A DNA stretch of 48,487 nt from NCBI GenBank assembly GCA_041082215.1, contig JBDOIF010000047.1, positions 62,001-110,487 on the forward strand, in the 5' to 3' direction. Of this stretch, positions 19,550 to 29,877 are shown one piece after another (the first letter of the stretch is position 1; each line of letters begins with the position of its first letter). Below the pieces are notes generated by a model. It searched no databases and was not told the origin of the DNA. It saw only the letters and a program-made list of their open reading frames with translations. This DNA comes from Anaerolineae bacterium (GTDB taxonomy: Bacteria; Chloroflexota; Anaerolineae; B4-G1; DUEL01). The position numbers and the translations under genes were made by a program.

Positions 19550-19609
19550 AGAAGGTCCCGATGAACCGCTATCTCACCGCAGGTTGGGTGATCACCGGGA
19601 AAGTGCGAT

Positions 19610-19637
19610 TTGACAAGGAAATCCTTTTGTGTAAAAT
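19610..19637 (+). promoter_or_regulatory. sigma70-type promoter of the liv-type operon
   Basis: TTGACA-16 bp-TAAAAT. Confidence 0.75.
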
Positions 19638-19644
19638 GTAGGCA

Positions 19645-19768
19645 TCCTACGGAGGGAGCGCCTGGGGTGCGAAGAAAGCTACGCGTATTGCAGAAGGTAG
19701 CAGGGACTGGATAGTTGAAGCTACCTATTCTGCCAGAATCCCCAGGATGTCTGCGGGGTTCCGTAGGA
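19645..19768 (+). ncRNA. Candidate structured leader RNA (unassigned family)
   Basis: Three nested helices starting at the predicted transcription start: 19645-54/19759-68, 19661-67/19740-46, 19690-701/19720-33. Confidence 0.45.
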
Positions 19769-19877
19769 AATTCATATATCGGGGAGGTGGAATATAGGAG
19801 GAGAAGAACGAGAGATAGCCCGGATTGAACGGACTACCTGAACCCATTCCATTAGCGATAGGGAAGGAGGAAAAGAG

Positions 19878-21023
19878 ATGAAGTACGTACGCCCCCTGTG
19901 GATCCTCGTTATTCTGTCCATTGTCGCCCTCGTTGCCTGCCAGCCGGGAGGGGGTGGCGGCGGGCCGTTGAAGATCGCCATCCTGGCCCCCCTGAGCGGC
20001 GATGTGGCGACCTTTGGCGAGTCCACCCGCGATGGCGCGCTCCTGGCTATCGAGGAATGGAATGCCAAGGGCGGCGTCCTGGGCCGGCAGATCGAGACGG
20101 TCGTGGAGGATAGCCAGTGCTCGGCTGAGCCAGCGGTGAGCGCCGCCAACAAGGTCATCAACCAGGACCAGGTGAAATTCATTATCGGCGAAGTTTGCTC
20201 CAGCGCTTCCATCCCGGTCTCCGAGGTTGTGATGGCCAAAGGCGACGTCCTCCAGATCAGCCCCACCTCCACCAACCCCCAGGTGACGGTGGATGAGAAC
20301 GGCAATGTCAAGAGCATGGTCTTCCGCGCCTGCTTCATTGACCCGTTCCAGGGGACGGTGGCGGCCAAGTTCGCCCTGGAGGAGCTGGGAGCACAGACGG
20401 CGGCCGTCTTCCTGGATCAGGGCAACGACTACGTCCGCGGCCTGGCCGAGTTCTTCCGCGACGCCTTCGAAGCCGGTGGCGGGCAGGTGGTGGTGTGGGA
20501 GACCTATACTGGTGAGGATCAGGACTTCTCCGCGATCCTGACCAAGGTCAAGGACGCCAACCCCGACATTCTCTACCTGCCGGACTACTACTCCACGGTC
20601 AACGTGATCGCCTCCCAGGCGCGCGAGATGGGCATCACGGCCGTCATGATGGGCGGTGACGGTTGGGATTCGTCCGACCTGGACCGGGAGGCGACGGACG
20701 GCGGCTACTACACCAACCACTACTCGGGTGACGACCCGCGGCCTGTCGTCCAGGATTGGGTGCAAAAGTACGTCGCCAAGTACGGCTCCGAGCCAGATGC
20801 GCTGGCTACGCTGGCGTATGATGCGGCCAATATCCTCCTGCAGGCGATCGAGAAGGCCGGCACGGATGATGCCAGGGTCGTAGCTCAGACAATGGCCGGG
20901 ATGGAGTTCGATGTGGTCTCCGGGCACATCTCCTTCGACGAGCACCACAACCCGGTCAAGAGCGCTGTCATCCTGCAGGTGAAAGACGGCCAGATCATCT
21001 ACATCAGCACAGTCAGCCCGTAA
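19878..21023 (+). CDS. Branched-chain amino acid-type ABC transporter substrate-binding lipoprotein
   Basis: Lipobox LVAC; APLSG, IIGEVCSS, FRACFIDPFQG, AYDA. Confidence 0.92.
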   Translation: MKYVRPLWILVILSIVALVACQPGGGGGGPLKIAILAPLSGDVATFGESTRDGALLAIEEWNAKGGVLGRQIETVVEDSQCSAEPAVSAANKVINQDQVKFIIGEVCSSASIPVSEVVMAKGDVLQISPTSTNPQVTVDENGNVKSMVFRACFIDPFQGTVAAKFALEELGAQTAAVFLDQGNDYVRGLAEFFRDAFEAGGGQVVVWETYTGEDQDFSAILTKVKDANPDILYLPDYYSTVNVIASQAREMGITAVMMGGDGWDSSDLDREATDGGYYTNHYSGDDPRPVVQDWVQKYVAKYGSEPDALATLAYDAANILLQAIEKAGTDDARVVAQTMAGMEFDVVSGHISFDEHHNPVKSAVILQVKDGQIIYISTVSP

Positions 21024-21044
21024 GGCTTTCTGTATGTGCGCTTC

Positions 21045-21078
21045 AGGCCGGGGGAGCCTGGAAGGGCTCCTCCGGCCT
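21045..21078 (+). other. Intercistronic hairpin after the binding-protein gene (mRNA stabiliser or partial terminator)
   Basis: aggccgggggagcc-tggaag-ggctcctccggcct; no U tract. Confidence 0.6.
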
Positions 21079-21121
21079 ACCTCAAGTTCATTAACAGAAC
21101 TTACGCAGTTTAATCTTTTCT

Positions 21122-21205
21122 CACCGCGGAGGCAAGGAGAACACAGATTTTTATAGATGATGGGGTTTTCTCGAAGTTTCTCTGTGCCCTCTGCATCTCT
21201 GTGGT
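21122..21205. repeat. Periodic imperfect inverted repeat
   Basis: caccgcggaggcaaggagaacacaga ... ctctgtgccctctgcatctctgtggt. Confidence 0.75.
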
Positions 21206-21254
21206 CTTTCACCTGTCGCCGGTGCGTAGCTCCTGTCGTTAAGGGGAAACAGGC

Positions 21255-22559
21255 ATGACTGCAATAGAAGGGATGAAGCAAAACGAGCGCTTGCTTTTGC
21301 GCCGCCAGAGCGGAGCGGTCTTGAACCGGATCAGTCAGGGTATCCTCGCGCTGGCGGGGATTTTTGTTATTTACGTCGTGGGAAAGGCGGCCGCTGCCAA
21401 TCCCGCCGTTTTCTTCCAGCAGGTCCTCAACGGCCTGCAGTTAGGCTTCATCTATGCCCTGATCGCCCTGGGCTATACGATGATCTACGGCATTGTCAAG
21501 CTGATCAACTTCGCCCATGGCGACGTCTTCATGGTGGGCGCATTTACCAGCTTCTTCGCCATCGCAACAGCCAACCTGCATCGCTGGCCCCTCCTGATCT
21601 GGCCCGGGATTGGGGAGGGAGCAGCGACGGTTATCGGCACGGTCACCGTCATTCTCGTTTCTATGCTGGTCTGTGGTTTTCTGGCGGTGGTGATGGAACG
21701 GTTCGCCTACCGTCCATTGCGGAACATGCCCCGCATTGCAGCGTTGATTACGGCGATCGGCGTCTCTTTCTTTCTCGAGTATTTCGCCCAGTTGCCGTTC
21801 GCGTATACCAATAACTACATCACCTACCCCCGCCCCTTTAATATTACGGTATTCCACGCAGAGGCGATCTCCGGGTCGGCGGTGATCCTATCCTGGGCTG
21901 TGCTGGCCATCGCGGCGGCGGCCTATGGAGTTTTCGCCTGGATGGAAAAGCGTGGAGCGATGAAGGCTGCGGTTTGGCGGCGTCACCCCCTGATACAGTT
22001 TGGACTGCTGCTCGGCGGGTTCCTGGCTGTGGTGTTCTCTCTGGTTGGTCTGCCCCCCGCGCTGGGAGGGGAGGGGTGGGACCTCACCGTGTCCAATATC
22101 ACGGTGGTCATTATGATCTCCTCCATTTTCCTCCAGGTCGTGCTCCAGTACATTGTTCGGCAGACCCGCATAGGCAAGGCGATGCGCGCGACTGCATACG
22201 ACAAGCCTACCTCCCGCCTGATGGGCATCAACGTGGATGGCGTCATCGCAGCGACGTTTGCCCTGGGCGGCGGCCTGGCCGGAGCGGCCGGCGTCCTCTA
22301 CGCCACCGCCTACAAGCAGGTCCACCACCTGATGGGGATCATGCCCGGCCTGAAGGCGTTTGTTGCAGCGGTGATCGGCGGGATCGGCAGCATCCCCGGC
22401 GCTCTGGTCGGCGCGTTGATTATGGGGCAGACGGAAGTCCTGAGCGCCGGCTTCATCTCTACCCCGATGCGGGACGCGATCGCCTTCTCGTTGCTGATCA
22501 TCGTCCTGCTGATCCGACCACAGGGCATCTTCGGTGAACCGCCCGGTGAGAAGGTCTGA
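21255..22559 (+). CDS. livH: Branched-chain amino acid ABC permease, LivH-like
   Basis: YALIALGYTMIYGIVKLINFAHG, GKAMRA, KAFVAAVIGGIGSIPGA; extra TM insert. Confidence 0.88.
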   Translation: MTAIEGMKQNERLLLRRQSGAVLNRISQGILALAGIFVIYVVGKAAAANPAVFFQQVLNGLQLGFIYALIALGYTMIYGIVKLINFAHGDVFMVGAFTSFFAIATANLHRWPLLIWPGIGEGAATVIGTVTVILVSMLVCGFLAVVMERFAYRPLRNMPRIAALITAIGVSFFLEYFAQLPFAYTNNYITYPRPFNITVFHAEAISGSAVILSWAVLAIAAAAYGVFAWMEKRGAMKAAVWRRHPLIQFGLLLGGFLAVVFSLVGLPPALGGEGWDLTVSNITVVIMISSIFLQVVLQYIVRQTRIGKAMRATAYDKPTSRLMGINVDGVIAATFALGGGLAGAAGVLYATAYKQVHHLMGIMPGLKAFVAAVIGGIGSIPGALVGALIMGQTEVLSAGFISTPMRDAIAFSLLIIVLLIRPQGIFGEPPGEKV

Positions 22560-22569
22560 GGAGGCGAAC

Positions 22570-23835
22570 ATGCTCCAGCGACTCCGACAGCCAAGCATCC
22601 TGTTCCTTGTGGGCTCGCTTTTGATCTTTGTCCTCGTGCAGGTGCTGATCAGCGCCGGCGTGGTCAACACCTACTGGCGAGGCATCATCTTCTGGGGTGC
22701 GGCCATCACGATGGTGAGCCTGGGCCTCAACCTCATCTACGGCTTCAACGGCCAGTTCTCCCTCGGGCAGTATGGCTTCTATGCCATCGGGGCCTATGCC
22801 TCCGCCGACGTTACCTACCGCTATGTCCATAACGATGCCTCTGGCCTGATCGTGGTCATCGGCGGTTCGCTGCTTACCTTGCTACTGATGTGGGGCGTTT
22901 CCGCCCTGCTGAGGCGCTTTTATGGCGTGAGTGTGATCGCCTCTTTCGTATTCAACCTGCTGGCCGCGTTGCTGGGTTTCTTCATCGCCGTGCGTTTCCT
23001 CTCCCCTGCCCTCAAGGCCCCCGTGATAGCCGCCTTCCAGGCGCTGCCCCCCTCGATCGCGCAGCAGGTCGTCTTCTTCCTGGCGCTGCTCGGAGGAGCT
23101 GTTCTGGCCGGGATTGTCAGCTTTCTCTTCGGTATCCCCGTCCTCGAACTGGGGTCCGACTACTTCGGCATCGCTACCCTCGGCTTCACCATCATCATCA
23201 AGGTCCTGGCCGACAATACCGACACCATCCTCCCCTTCCCGGAGATGAAAGGGGCGCGGGGGATGGTCGGCATCCCGCAGTGGACCACATGGCCGTGGGT
23301 TTTCTTCTCCTTTATGCTGGTCGTCCTGGTGATGCGTAACCTTCTCCATTCCAGCACTGGCCGGGCGATCGTCTCGGTCCGGGAGGATGAGCGGGCGGCT
23401 GAACTGATGGGGATTGACGTGGGCAAGGCCAAAATCCTGGCTTTCGTCGTCGGCAGCGTCTTTGCCGGCCTGGCCGGAGGGATCCGGGCCCACGACCTGG
23501 CCTTCCTCCATCCCCAATCCTTCCACTTCATCCAGTCGTTCAACCCGCTCATCATCGTCGTCTTCGGTGGCCTGGGCAGCATGACCGGTACGATCTTCGC
23601 TGGCTTTGCCTGGATCGTCTTACTGGAGGGGGTCCTTCGCCTCTATCTGCCAGCGGGTTTTGAGGCCTGGCGCTTCGTGGTCTATCCACTGATCCTGTTG
23701 CTGATGATGCTGCTGCGGCCTGCGGGGTTGATGGGGCGGTATGAGATGCCGTTCCTGCGCCAGAAATTGCCGCCGCTTCGGGAAAGGGCAAAACAGGCCC
23801 TCAGGGTGACGGTTGCGCCGGAGGTGGCGGAATGA
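22570..23835 (+). CDS. livM: Branched-chain amino acid ABC permease, LivM-like
   Basis: GQFSLG, DYFGIATLGF, REDERAA, GGLGSMTG; start ATG 22570 with RBS GAGGAGG. Confidence 0.88.
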   Translation: MLQRLRQPSILFLVGSLLIFVLVQVLISAGVVNTYWRGIIFWGAAITMVSLGLNLIYGFNGQFSLGQYGFYAIGAYASADVTYRYVHNDASGLIVVIGGSLLTLLLMWGVSALLRRFYGVSVIASFVFNLLAALLGFFIAVRFLSPALKAPVIAAFQALPPSIAQQVVFFLALLGGAVLAGIVSFLFGIPVLELGSDYFGIATLGFTIIIKVLADNTDTILPFPEMKGARGMVGIPQWTTWPWVFFSFMLVVLVMRNLLHSSTGRAIVSVREDERAAELMGIDVGKAKILAFVVGSVFAGLAGGIRAHDLAFLHPQSFHFIQSFNPLIIVVFGGLGSMTGTIFAGFAWIVLLEGVLRLYLPAGFEAWRFVVYPLILLLMMLLRPAGLMGRYEMPFLRQKLPPLRERAKQALRVTVAPEVAE

Positions 23836-24650
23836 GCGGCAGGCCCCCAGGTCTGAGCCCCGAGGTCGAACAGCGGCCCGTCGTCCTGAATATCGAGGGG
23901 CTGACCCACTACTTTGATAGCCTGCGGGCCGTGTATGACTTCTCGCTTGTGCTCAAGCACGGCGAGCTGGTCGGCCTGATCGGCCCGAACGGGGCGGGGA
24001 AGACGACGGTGTTCAACCTCGTTACCGGCGTGTACATCCCCGCCAGGGGAAGCATTCGGTATAACGGTGTCGAGCTGATCGGCCTCCCCTCCCATGAGAT
24101 TATCCAGATGGGGATCGCACGAACGTTTCAGAACATCCGCCTCTTTTCCAACCTGACCGTGCTGGACAACGTGCGCATCGCCTACCATCCCCATGCCGGA
24201 TACGGACTCCTCGATTCGATCCTCCATTCTCACCGGTTCCGCGAAAAAGAGGCGGAGATGACCGAGCGCAGCCAGGAGCTGCTGGCGATCTTCGGTCTGG
24301 AGGAGCGGCAGAACGACATCGCGGGGAGCCTCCCCTATGGCCTCCAGCGCCGCCTGGAGATCGCCCGCGCCCTGGCCACGAACCCGCGGCTGCTCCTCCT
24401 CGACGAGCCTGCGGCCGGTATGAACCCGCAGGAGATTGACCAGTTAATGGAATTGATCCACCTCATCCGGGACCAGTTCGACCTGACGATCCTTCTGGTC
24501 GAGCACCGGATGCGGCTGGTGATGAATATCTGTGAATGGATCACAGTGATGGACTTCGGCGAGATCATCGCCCGGGGGACGCCCGAGGAGGTGCGGAACG
24601 ATCCAAAGGTGGTGGAGGCCTACCTGGGCCGCCAGGTGGCGATTCGCTGA
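23832..24650 (+). CDS. livG: ABC ATPase, LivG-like
   Basis: GPNGAGKTT, ARTFQNIRLF, LPYG, LDEPAAG. Confidence 0.92.
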   Translation: MSGRPPGLSPEVEQRPVVLNIEGLTHYFDSLRAVYDFSLVLKHGELVGLIGPNGAGKTTVFNLVTGVYIPARGSIRYNGVELIGLPSHEIIQMGIARTFQNIRLFSNLTVLDNVRIAYHPHAGYGLLDSILHSHRFREKEAEMTERSQELLAIFGLEERQNDIAGSLPYGLQRRLEIARALATNPRLLLLDEPAAGMNPQEIDQLMELIHLIRDQFDLTILLVEHRMRLVMNICEWITVMDFGEIIARGTPEEVRNDPKVVEAYLGRQVAIR

Positions 24651-24668
24651 TGGGGGAGGGAAGAGAGA

Positions 24669-25382
24669 ATGGCGTTGCTGGAAATCGAAGACCTGCACGT
24701 TTCCTATGGAGCCATCCGGGCCCTGCACGGGGTCTCCTTCCATGTCGAAGAGGGGGAGATCGTTACCCTGATCGGTGCCAACGGCGCTGGTAAGTCCACC
24801 ACCCTGCGAACCATTTCCGGTCTACTCTATCCGGATAAGGGGAAGATCACCTATGGCGGCGTAAACCTCATCGGGAAGGACGCCGATGCGATCGTGCGGA
24901 TGGGGATTACCCACGTGCCGGAAGGCCGGAAGATCTTTGCCCCACTGACGGTTCGCGAGAATCTGGAGATGGGAGCCTATACCCGGCAGGACAGGCGGGA
25001 GATCGAAGAGACGATGGAGTGGGTGTTCGGACTCTTCCCCCGCCTGAAGGAGCGGGCAGAGCAGACGGGGGGGACCCTCTCCGGCGGTGAGCAGCAGATG
25101 CTGGCCCTGGCGCGGGGCCTGATGGCCAAGCCCCGACTCCTCCTGATGGACGAGCCTTCGATGGGGCTGGCCCCGATCCTCGTCGAGGAGATTTTCGAGA
25201 CAATTCAGGAGATCAACCAGCAGGGGGTTACCCTCCTGCTGGTCGAGCAGAACGCACATATGGCGCTCTCCGTCGCTCACCGGGGGTACGTCCTGGAGAC
25301 GGGCACAGTCCAACTGGAGGGGACGGCGAAGGAGCTGCGGGAAAACCCAAGGGTGCGGGAGGCATACCTGGGAGGGGACTAG
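24669..25382 (+). CDS. livF: ABC ATPase, LivF-like
   Basis: GANGAGKST, VPEGR, LSGGEQQM, DEPSMGLAP, VEQNA. Confidence 0.93.
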   Translation: MALLEIEDLHVSYGAIRALHGVSFHVEEGEIVTLIGANGAGKSTTLRTISGLLYPDKGKITYGGVNLIGKDADAIVRMGITHVPEGRKIFAPLTVRENLEMGAYTRQDRREIEETMEWVFGLFPRLKERAEQTGGTLSGGEQQMLALARGLMAKPRLLLMDEPSMGLAPILVEEIFETIQEINQQGVTLLLVEQNAHMALSVAHRGYVLETGTVQLEGTAKELRENPRVREAYLGGD

Positions 25383-25450
25383 CCCTTTGTATCCGTAAAA
25401 CCATCGATCTTCCGTGTCTCCGTGAGAAGACGGACAGAACTTCGTTGACC

Positions 25451-25490
25451 CGGCGGGGGGAGGCGGCGGAACTGCCTCCCCCGTTGTTTT
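25451..25490 (+). terminator. Probable intrinsic terminator after livF
   Basis: GC-rich stem gggggaggcgg/ctgcctccccc followed by gttgtttt. Confidence 0.55.
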
Positions 25491-25503
25491 GGGGAGGTGG
25501 GGG

Positions 25504-28500
25504 ATGCGGCTGTTCGCCCGTTTCTTTCTGCTTGCCGTTCTGGCACTGATGGTCCTTGCCTCTGGCTCGGCGACGGTGAGGGGGGTAGCCCCGTCGGAAA
25601 GCCGGCCCTCTCCGGCGCTCTTCCCGGCCTGGGCTCTGCCGCAGCCTTCTGCCCCTCCGCCCCCCGGTGTGCTCGAGCCGGCGCTGGCGCGGGCGCTGGC
25701 CGCGGCCCGCCCCGACGAGGAGCTGCGGGTCATCGTCATCCTGCGCCCGCAGCTTGCCCCCGAGCCGACCGTCTCCGGTGCTGCCAGCCCCCTTGAGGCC
25801 CGCGCCCGCCTCGTGGCCGCCCTCCAGTCTGTGGCGGAGCATTCCCAGGCTCCCCTGCGGGCCTATCTGGAGGGAGGACGGGCCGCAGGCACCGTCCACT
25901 CCTACACTCCCTTCTGGATCTTCAACGGCCTGGCCGTCCACGCCCTTCCTTCGGCTATCCGCGCCCTCGCCGCCCATCCCGCCGTCGCCTCCATCCGGCT
26001 CGACCACTACCGCCAGTGGCTCCCCCAGCAGCAGTCCTCGATTGCCCGCTATTCGTCATCCGTTATTCGTCATTCGTCATCCGTAACCAGCATCGAGTGG
26101 AACATCTCCCGCATCCGCGCCGATCAGGTCTGGTCTTCTCTGGGGATCTCCGGCACTGGAGTCGTCGTGGCAGGGATGGACACAGGGGTGGACTGGCTTC
26201 ACCCTGCGCTGCACGAAAACTACCGGGGGTACAACGCCCACGGGACCCCCGTCCACACCGGCAACTGGTTCGATGCCGTCGGCGGCACCCTCTACCCGAT
26301 AGACGACCACGGCCACGGTACGCACACGATGGGGACGGCGGTGGGACAGGGGGGGATCGGCGTCGCCCCCGGCGCTCGCTGGATCGGCGTGAAGGTGTTC
26401 AATAGCAGTGGCTACGGCTATGACTCCTGGATTCACGCCGGGTTCCAGTGGCTCCTGGCCCCCGGCGGCGACCCGGCGAAAGCCCCCGACGTGGTTAACT
26501 GCTCCTGGGGAAGTGATGATGGCCTCGACACCACCTTCCGGGACGACCTGCGGGCACTACAGGCGGCGGGGATTTTCCCTGTCTTTGCCAGTGGCAACAG
26601 CGGGCCGGATAGCGGGACAGTGGGGTCGCCGGCCTCCCTGCCGGAGGCCTTCGCCGTCGGCGCGACCGACGAGTACGACGAGGTGGCCTACTTTTCCAGC
26701 CGTGGCCCCTCCCCCTGGGGGGAGATCCGCCCCCACGTCGTCGCCCCCGGCGTCGCCGTCCGCTCCAGCCTGCCCGGCGGCCTCTACGGCAAGATGAACG
26801 GCACCTCGATGGCCACACCCCACGTCTCCGGCATCGTGGCACTCCTCCGCTCGGTCAGCCCCACTCTGACCATCACCCGTACCGCTTACCTCATCACCAG
26901 CACCGCTGTCCCTCTGAGCACCTCTATCCCCAACAACGACTCCGGCTGGGGCCGGGTGGATGCCTTCAACGCCGTCGTCGCCCTGGCCTTTACCGGCCGC
27001 ATCACCGGGACGGTGGCCCGCGCCGACAGCGGCCTCCCCATCGGCGGAGCGACGGTCTCCGCCACTCTGCACGGGGGAACGGGCGGCGGGGCGGCGACGA
27101 CCGACGACGGGGGTGTCTATACCCTCACCCTGGCCCCCGGCCGCTACGACGTCACCGGCTCCGCTTTCGGATACGAACCGGCCACGGTCTGGGGGGTGGA
27201 TGTTGTAACCGGCACGACGATACAGGTCAACTTCTCTCTGGCTTCCCTCCCCGTCGGCACGTTGCGGGGCCAGGTCACCGACGCCGCTACCGGCGACCCG
27301 ATCACCGCCCTTCTTTCTGTGCTGGGTACGCCGGTGGAGGCGGTCACCAGCACCTACTCTTTCGACCTGCCCTCCGGCGCATACACCCTCCGTGCCCGTC
27401 GTCTGGGCTACCGGGTGGTCACCGCAACCGCCGTCGTCACCGCCGGGGAGGTTACCACAGCCGACCTGGCCCTGCCCCCCGCCCCCTCCATCCTGCTGGT
27501 GGATAGCGGAGGCTGGTATCACGAGAGCCAGATCGGGTATTTCCGCCAGGCGCTCGACGATCTGGCCTGCGCCTACGACGAGTGGCCCATCCGCCATCTG
27601 CCCGCCGACCTCCCTGCCTCGTCCGACCTGATCCCCTACGACATCGTCATCTGGTCCGCGCCCCAGGATGCGCCCGGTTACATCGGCGCCGAGGGGGCCA
27701 TCACCGGCTATCTTTCCAGCGGAGGGGGGCTTTTCCTTACCGGGCAGGACATCGGGTATCTGGACGGATGGTGGGGATACGCACCCTATTATTATAGGGA
27801 GTATCTGAAGGTCCATTTGGAGGAGGATAGCTCCGAAGTATGGGAGCTGGACGGAGTGCAGGGCGACCTCTTCGACGGGCTGACCCTCACCATCGCCGGG
27901 CCGGGCGGCGCCGACAATCAGTTCTGGCCGGACGTCGTCGGCATCACCGATCCGGAGGCCGCTGCTCCAGTGCTGGCCTACCGGGGGGATGGGTGGGGTG
28001 GGGTGCGGGTGGGGACCTGCCTGGACTACCGGGCGGTCTACCTCTCCTTCGGCTTTGAGGCCATCAACGAGCGTGCTGCCCGCCGGGAGGTGATGGACCG
28101 GTCGCTGGCGTGGCTGGCGGCCGATCCGCCCACCGTCGGCCTGGAACTGACGCCTGCCGGCCAGACCCGCACCGCCCCCCCGGGGACCACCGTCACCCAC
28201 ACCCTGAAGTTGCGGCACGTCGGGCAGGCCGGGACCGTGGATGCAGCCTCGTTATCCCTGGTGGGGGCCGACTGGGCTACCGAATTGAGTCAGCCTGAGC
28301 TGACCCTTTCCCCCTGCACTTCCGCCACCGTCGTGGTGAGCGTCACCATCCCTATCACGGCGGGCTGGGATGAGCGGGATGTGCTCACCGTGACTGCCCG
28401 TTCCTCCCTTTCGCCGTCCCTCGTCCAGACCGCCGTGCTGACCACCAAGGCCCCCGCCCCGCTCCTGCTGGTGGACGACGACCGCTGGTATGAACAGCGG

Positions 28501-29877
28501 GAGGTGTACCGGTCCGCAGTGGAGGCAGCAGGCCTTCCTTACGACCTGGTGGAGACCTGCCCGGCGGTCGGAGATTGCCTGGGTGGAGATGGGGTCATAG
28601 AGAGATTGTCTCTCTACCCTATGGTGGTCTGGTGGACCGGTTACGACTGGTATGAGCCGGTGACTGAGGAGGAGGAGGCGGCGCTGGCGGCGTATCTGGA
28701 GGAGGGGGGACGGCTGTTCCTCTCCGGTCAGGATTTTCTGTATTATCACGGCCTGGACCCCTTCGGCCGGGACCGGTTGGGGGTATTGACCTACACCGAG
28801 GATGTGGAGGTGGCCCAGGCGACGGGTGTGCCGGAGGACCCGGTCGGCGATGGGTTGGGACCCTGGGTTCTGGATTACCCTTTCACTGCCTGGTCGGACG
28901 AGCTGGAACCCACGCCTGGCACCCGGGTCGTCTTTCGGGAGGAGGAAGGGCAGGGGATCGGGCTGGCCCGGCGGGAGAGGGGGTATGCGACGGCCTTCTT
29001 CTCCTTCCCCTTCGAGGCGTTGCCGAAAGAGGGGCGGCCGCGGACGATGGAGCGGCTGGTGGGCTGGCTTTCCTGGCTGGGTGGCTCCACTTTCTCGGCA
29101 CATAGAGGAGCTATCCCAGCCGGTTCGGTCCTCACCTATACCCTGAGGCTGTGGAACGACGGCCCTGCCCCTGTCTCTGCTTCCATTTCCAACACCCTGC
29201 CGGAGGAGCTGGAGCTGATCCCCTCCAGCCTGACCGGCCCCGACCCGCCGCTCGGAGGTGGCCCGGCGCAGTACGACCCGGCGGCGCGGCGGATCGCCTG
29301 GGAGGGGCCGCTGGGTCCGGGCGTCGAGGTCACCTTCACCTACCAGGTGACCGTGGCGACCGGCCTACCCCCCGGTGCAGTCCTTGTCAACACGGCCCGC
29401 ATCGGGCTGGAGGACCAGGCCATCCATTTCCACCGTTCCGCCGTGGTGCGGGTGGAGGCCCCCGACCTCTCCCCCTCGGCCTTCTGGTTCGAGCCTTCGG
29501 AGGCGCGGCCTGGGGGAGTGGTCACCGGGGTGGTGGTGCTGGCCAACGGTGGCCCGGCGAATGCCACGGCGGTCACAGCTATCCACCCCCTGCCGACGGC
29601 TTCGGACCTGGTTTCCGGTTCCCTGTCCTGGGCGGGTGGAGGAGAGGCGGAGGTGGTGAGCCGCACGCTTCGCTGGGCCGGTCCTCTGCTCGCAGGCGGC
29701 AAGGTGACGGTGGCTTATCAGATCACGCTGCCCACCTATCCCCTTCATCCTCCTCTCCACGGAGTGGTTTTCCTGGAGGATGGGGTGGGGGGCAGGTGGG
29801 AGCGGAGCGCGTGGGTGGTCCTTGAGCCGCGCAGGGTTTACCTGCCGGTGGCGTTGAGAGGCTTCACCAGCCGGTGA
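25504..29877 (+). CDS. Large secreted S8 serine peptidase with carboxypeptidase-regulatory-like, repeated alpha/beta and DUF11-like domains
   Basis: Signal peptide, pro-domain, triad DTG/HGTH/GTSMATP; two LLVD...YL..GG.LFL.GQD modules; C-terminal RVYLPVALR. Confidence 0.88.
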   Translation: MRLFARFFLLAVLALMVLASGSATVRGVAPSESRPSPALFPAWALPQPSAPPPPGVLEPALARALAAARPDEELRVIVILRPQLAPEPTVSGAASPLEARARLVAALQSVAEHSQAPLRAYLEGGRAAGTVHSYTPFWIFNGLAVHALPSAIRALAAHPAVASIRLDHYRQWLPQQQSSIARYSSSVIRHSSSVTSIEWNISRIRADQVWSSLGISGTGVVVAGMDTGVDWLHPALHENYRGYNAHGTPVHTGNWFDAVGGTLYPIDDHGHGTHTMGTAVGQGGIGVAPGARWIGVKVFNSSGYGYDSWIHAGFQWLLAPGGDPAKAPDVVNCSWGSDDGLDTTFRDDLRALQAAGIFPVFASGNSGPDSGTVGSPASLPEAFAVGATDEYDEVAYFSSRGPSPWGEIRPHVVAPGVAVRSSLPGGLYGKMNGTSMATPHVSGIVALLRSVSPTLTITRTAYLITSTAVPLSTSIPNNDSGWGRVDAFNAVVALAFTGRITGTVARADSGLPIGGATVSATLHGGTGGGAATTDDGGVYTLTLAPGRYDVTGSAFGYEPATVWGVDVVTGTTIQVNFSLASLPVGTLRGQVTDAATGDPITALLSVLGTPVEAVTSTYSFDLPSGAYTLRARRLGYRVVTATAVVTAGEVTTADLALPPAPSILLVDSGGWYHESQIGYFRQALDDLACAYDEWPIRHLPADLPASSDLIPYDIVIWSAPQDAPGYIGAEGAITGYLSSGGGLFLTGQDIGYLDGWWGYAPYYYREYLKVHLEEDSSEVWELDGVQGDLFDGLTLTIAGPGGADNQFWPDVVGITDPEAAAPVLAYRGDGWGGVRVGTCLDYRAVYLSFGFEAINERAARREVMDRSLAWLAADPPTVGLELTPAGQTRTAPPGTTVTHTLKLRHVGQAGTVDAASLSLVGADWATELSQPELTLSPCTSATVVVSVTIPITAGWDERDVLTVTARSSLSPSLVQTAVLTTKAPAPLLLVDDDRWYEQREVYRSAVEAAGLPYDLVETCPAVGDCLGGDGVIERLSLYPMVVWWTGYDWYEPVTEEEEAALAAYLEEGGRLFLSGQDFLYYHGLDPFGRDRLGVLTYTEDVEVAQATGVPEDPVGDGLGPWVLDYPFTAWSDELEPTPGTRVVFREEEGQGIGLARRERGYATAFFSFPFEALPKEGRPRTMERLVGWLSWLGGSTFSAHRGAIPAGSVLTYTLRLWNDGPAPVSASISNTLPEELELIPSSLTGPDPPLGGGPAQYDPAARRIAWEGPLGPGVEVTFTYQVTVATGLPPGAVLVNTARIGLEDQAIHFHRSAVVRVEAPDLSPSAFWFEPSEARPGGVVTGVVVLANGGPANATAVTAIHPLPTASDLVSGSLSWAGGGEAEVVSRTLRWAGPLLAGGKVTVAYQITLPTYPLHPPLHGVVFLEDGVGGRWERSAWVVLEPRRVYLPVALRGFTSR
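26042..26083. repeat. Heptamer tandem repeat inside the S8 CDS
   Basis: ttgcccg ctattcg tcatccg ttattcg tcattcg tcatccg (6x7 = 42 bp, frame preserved). Confidence 0.75.

Noticed and set aside
19700..19712. AGGGACTGG as a SAM-I riboswitch
   Set aside because: Other SAM-I core elements are absent.
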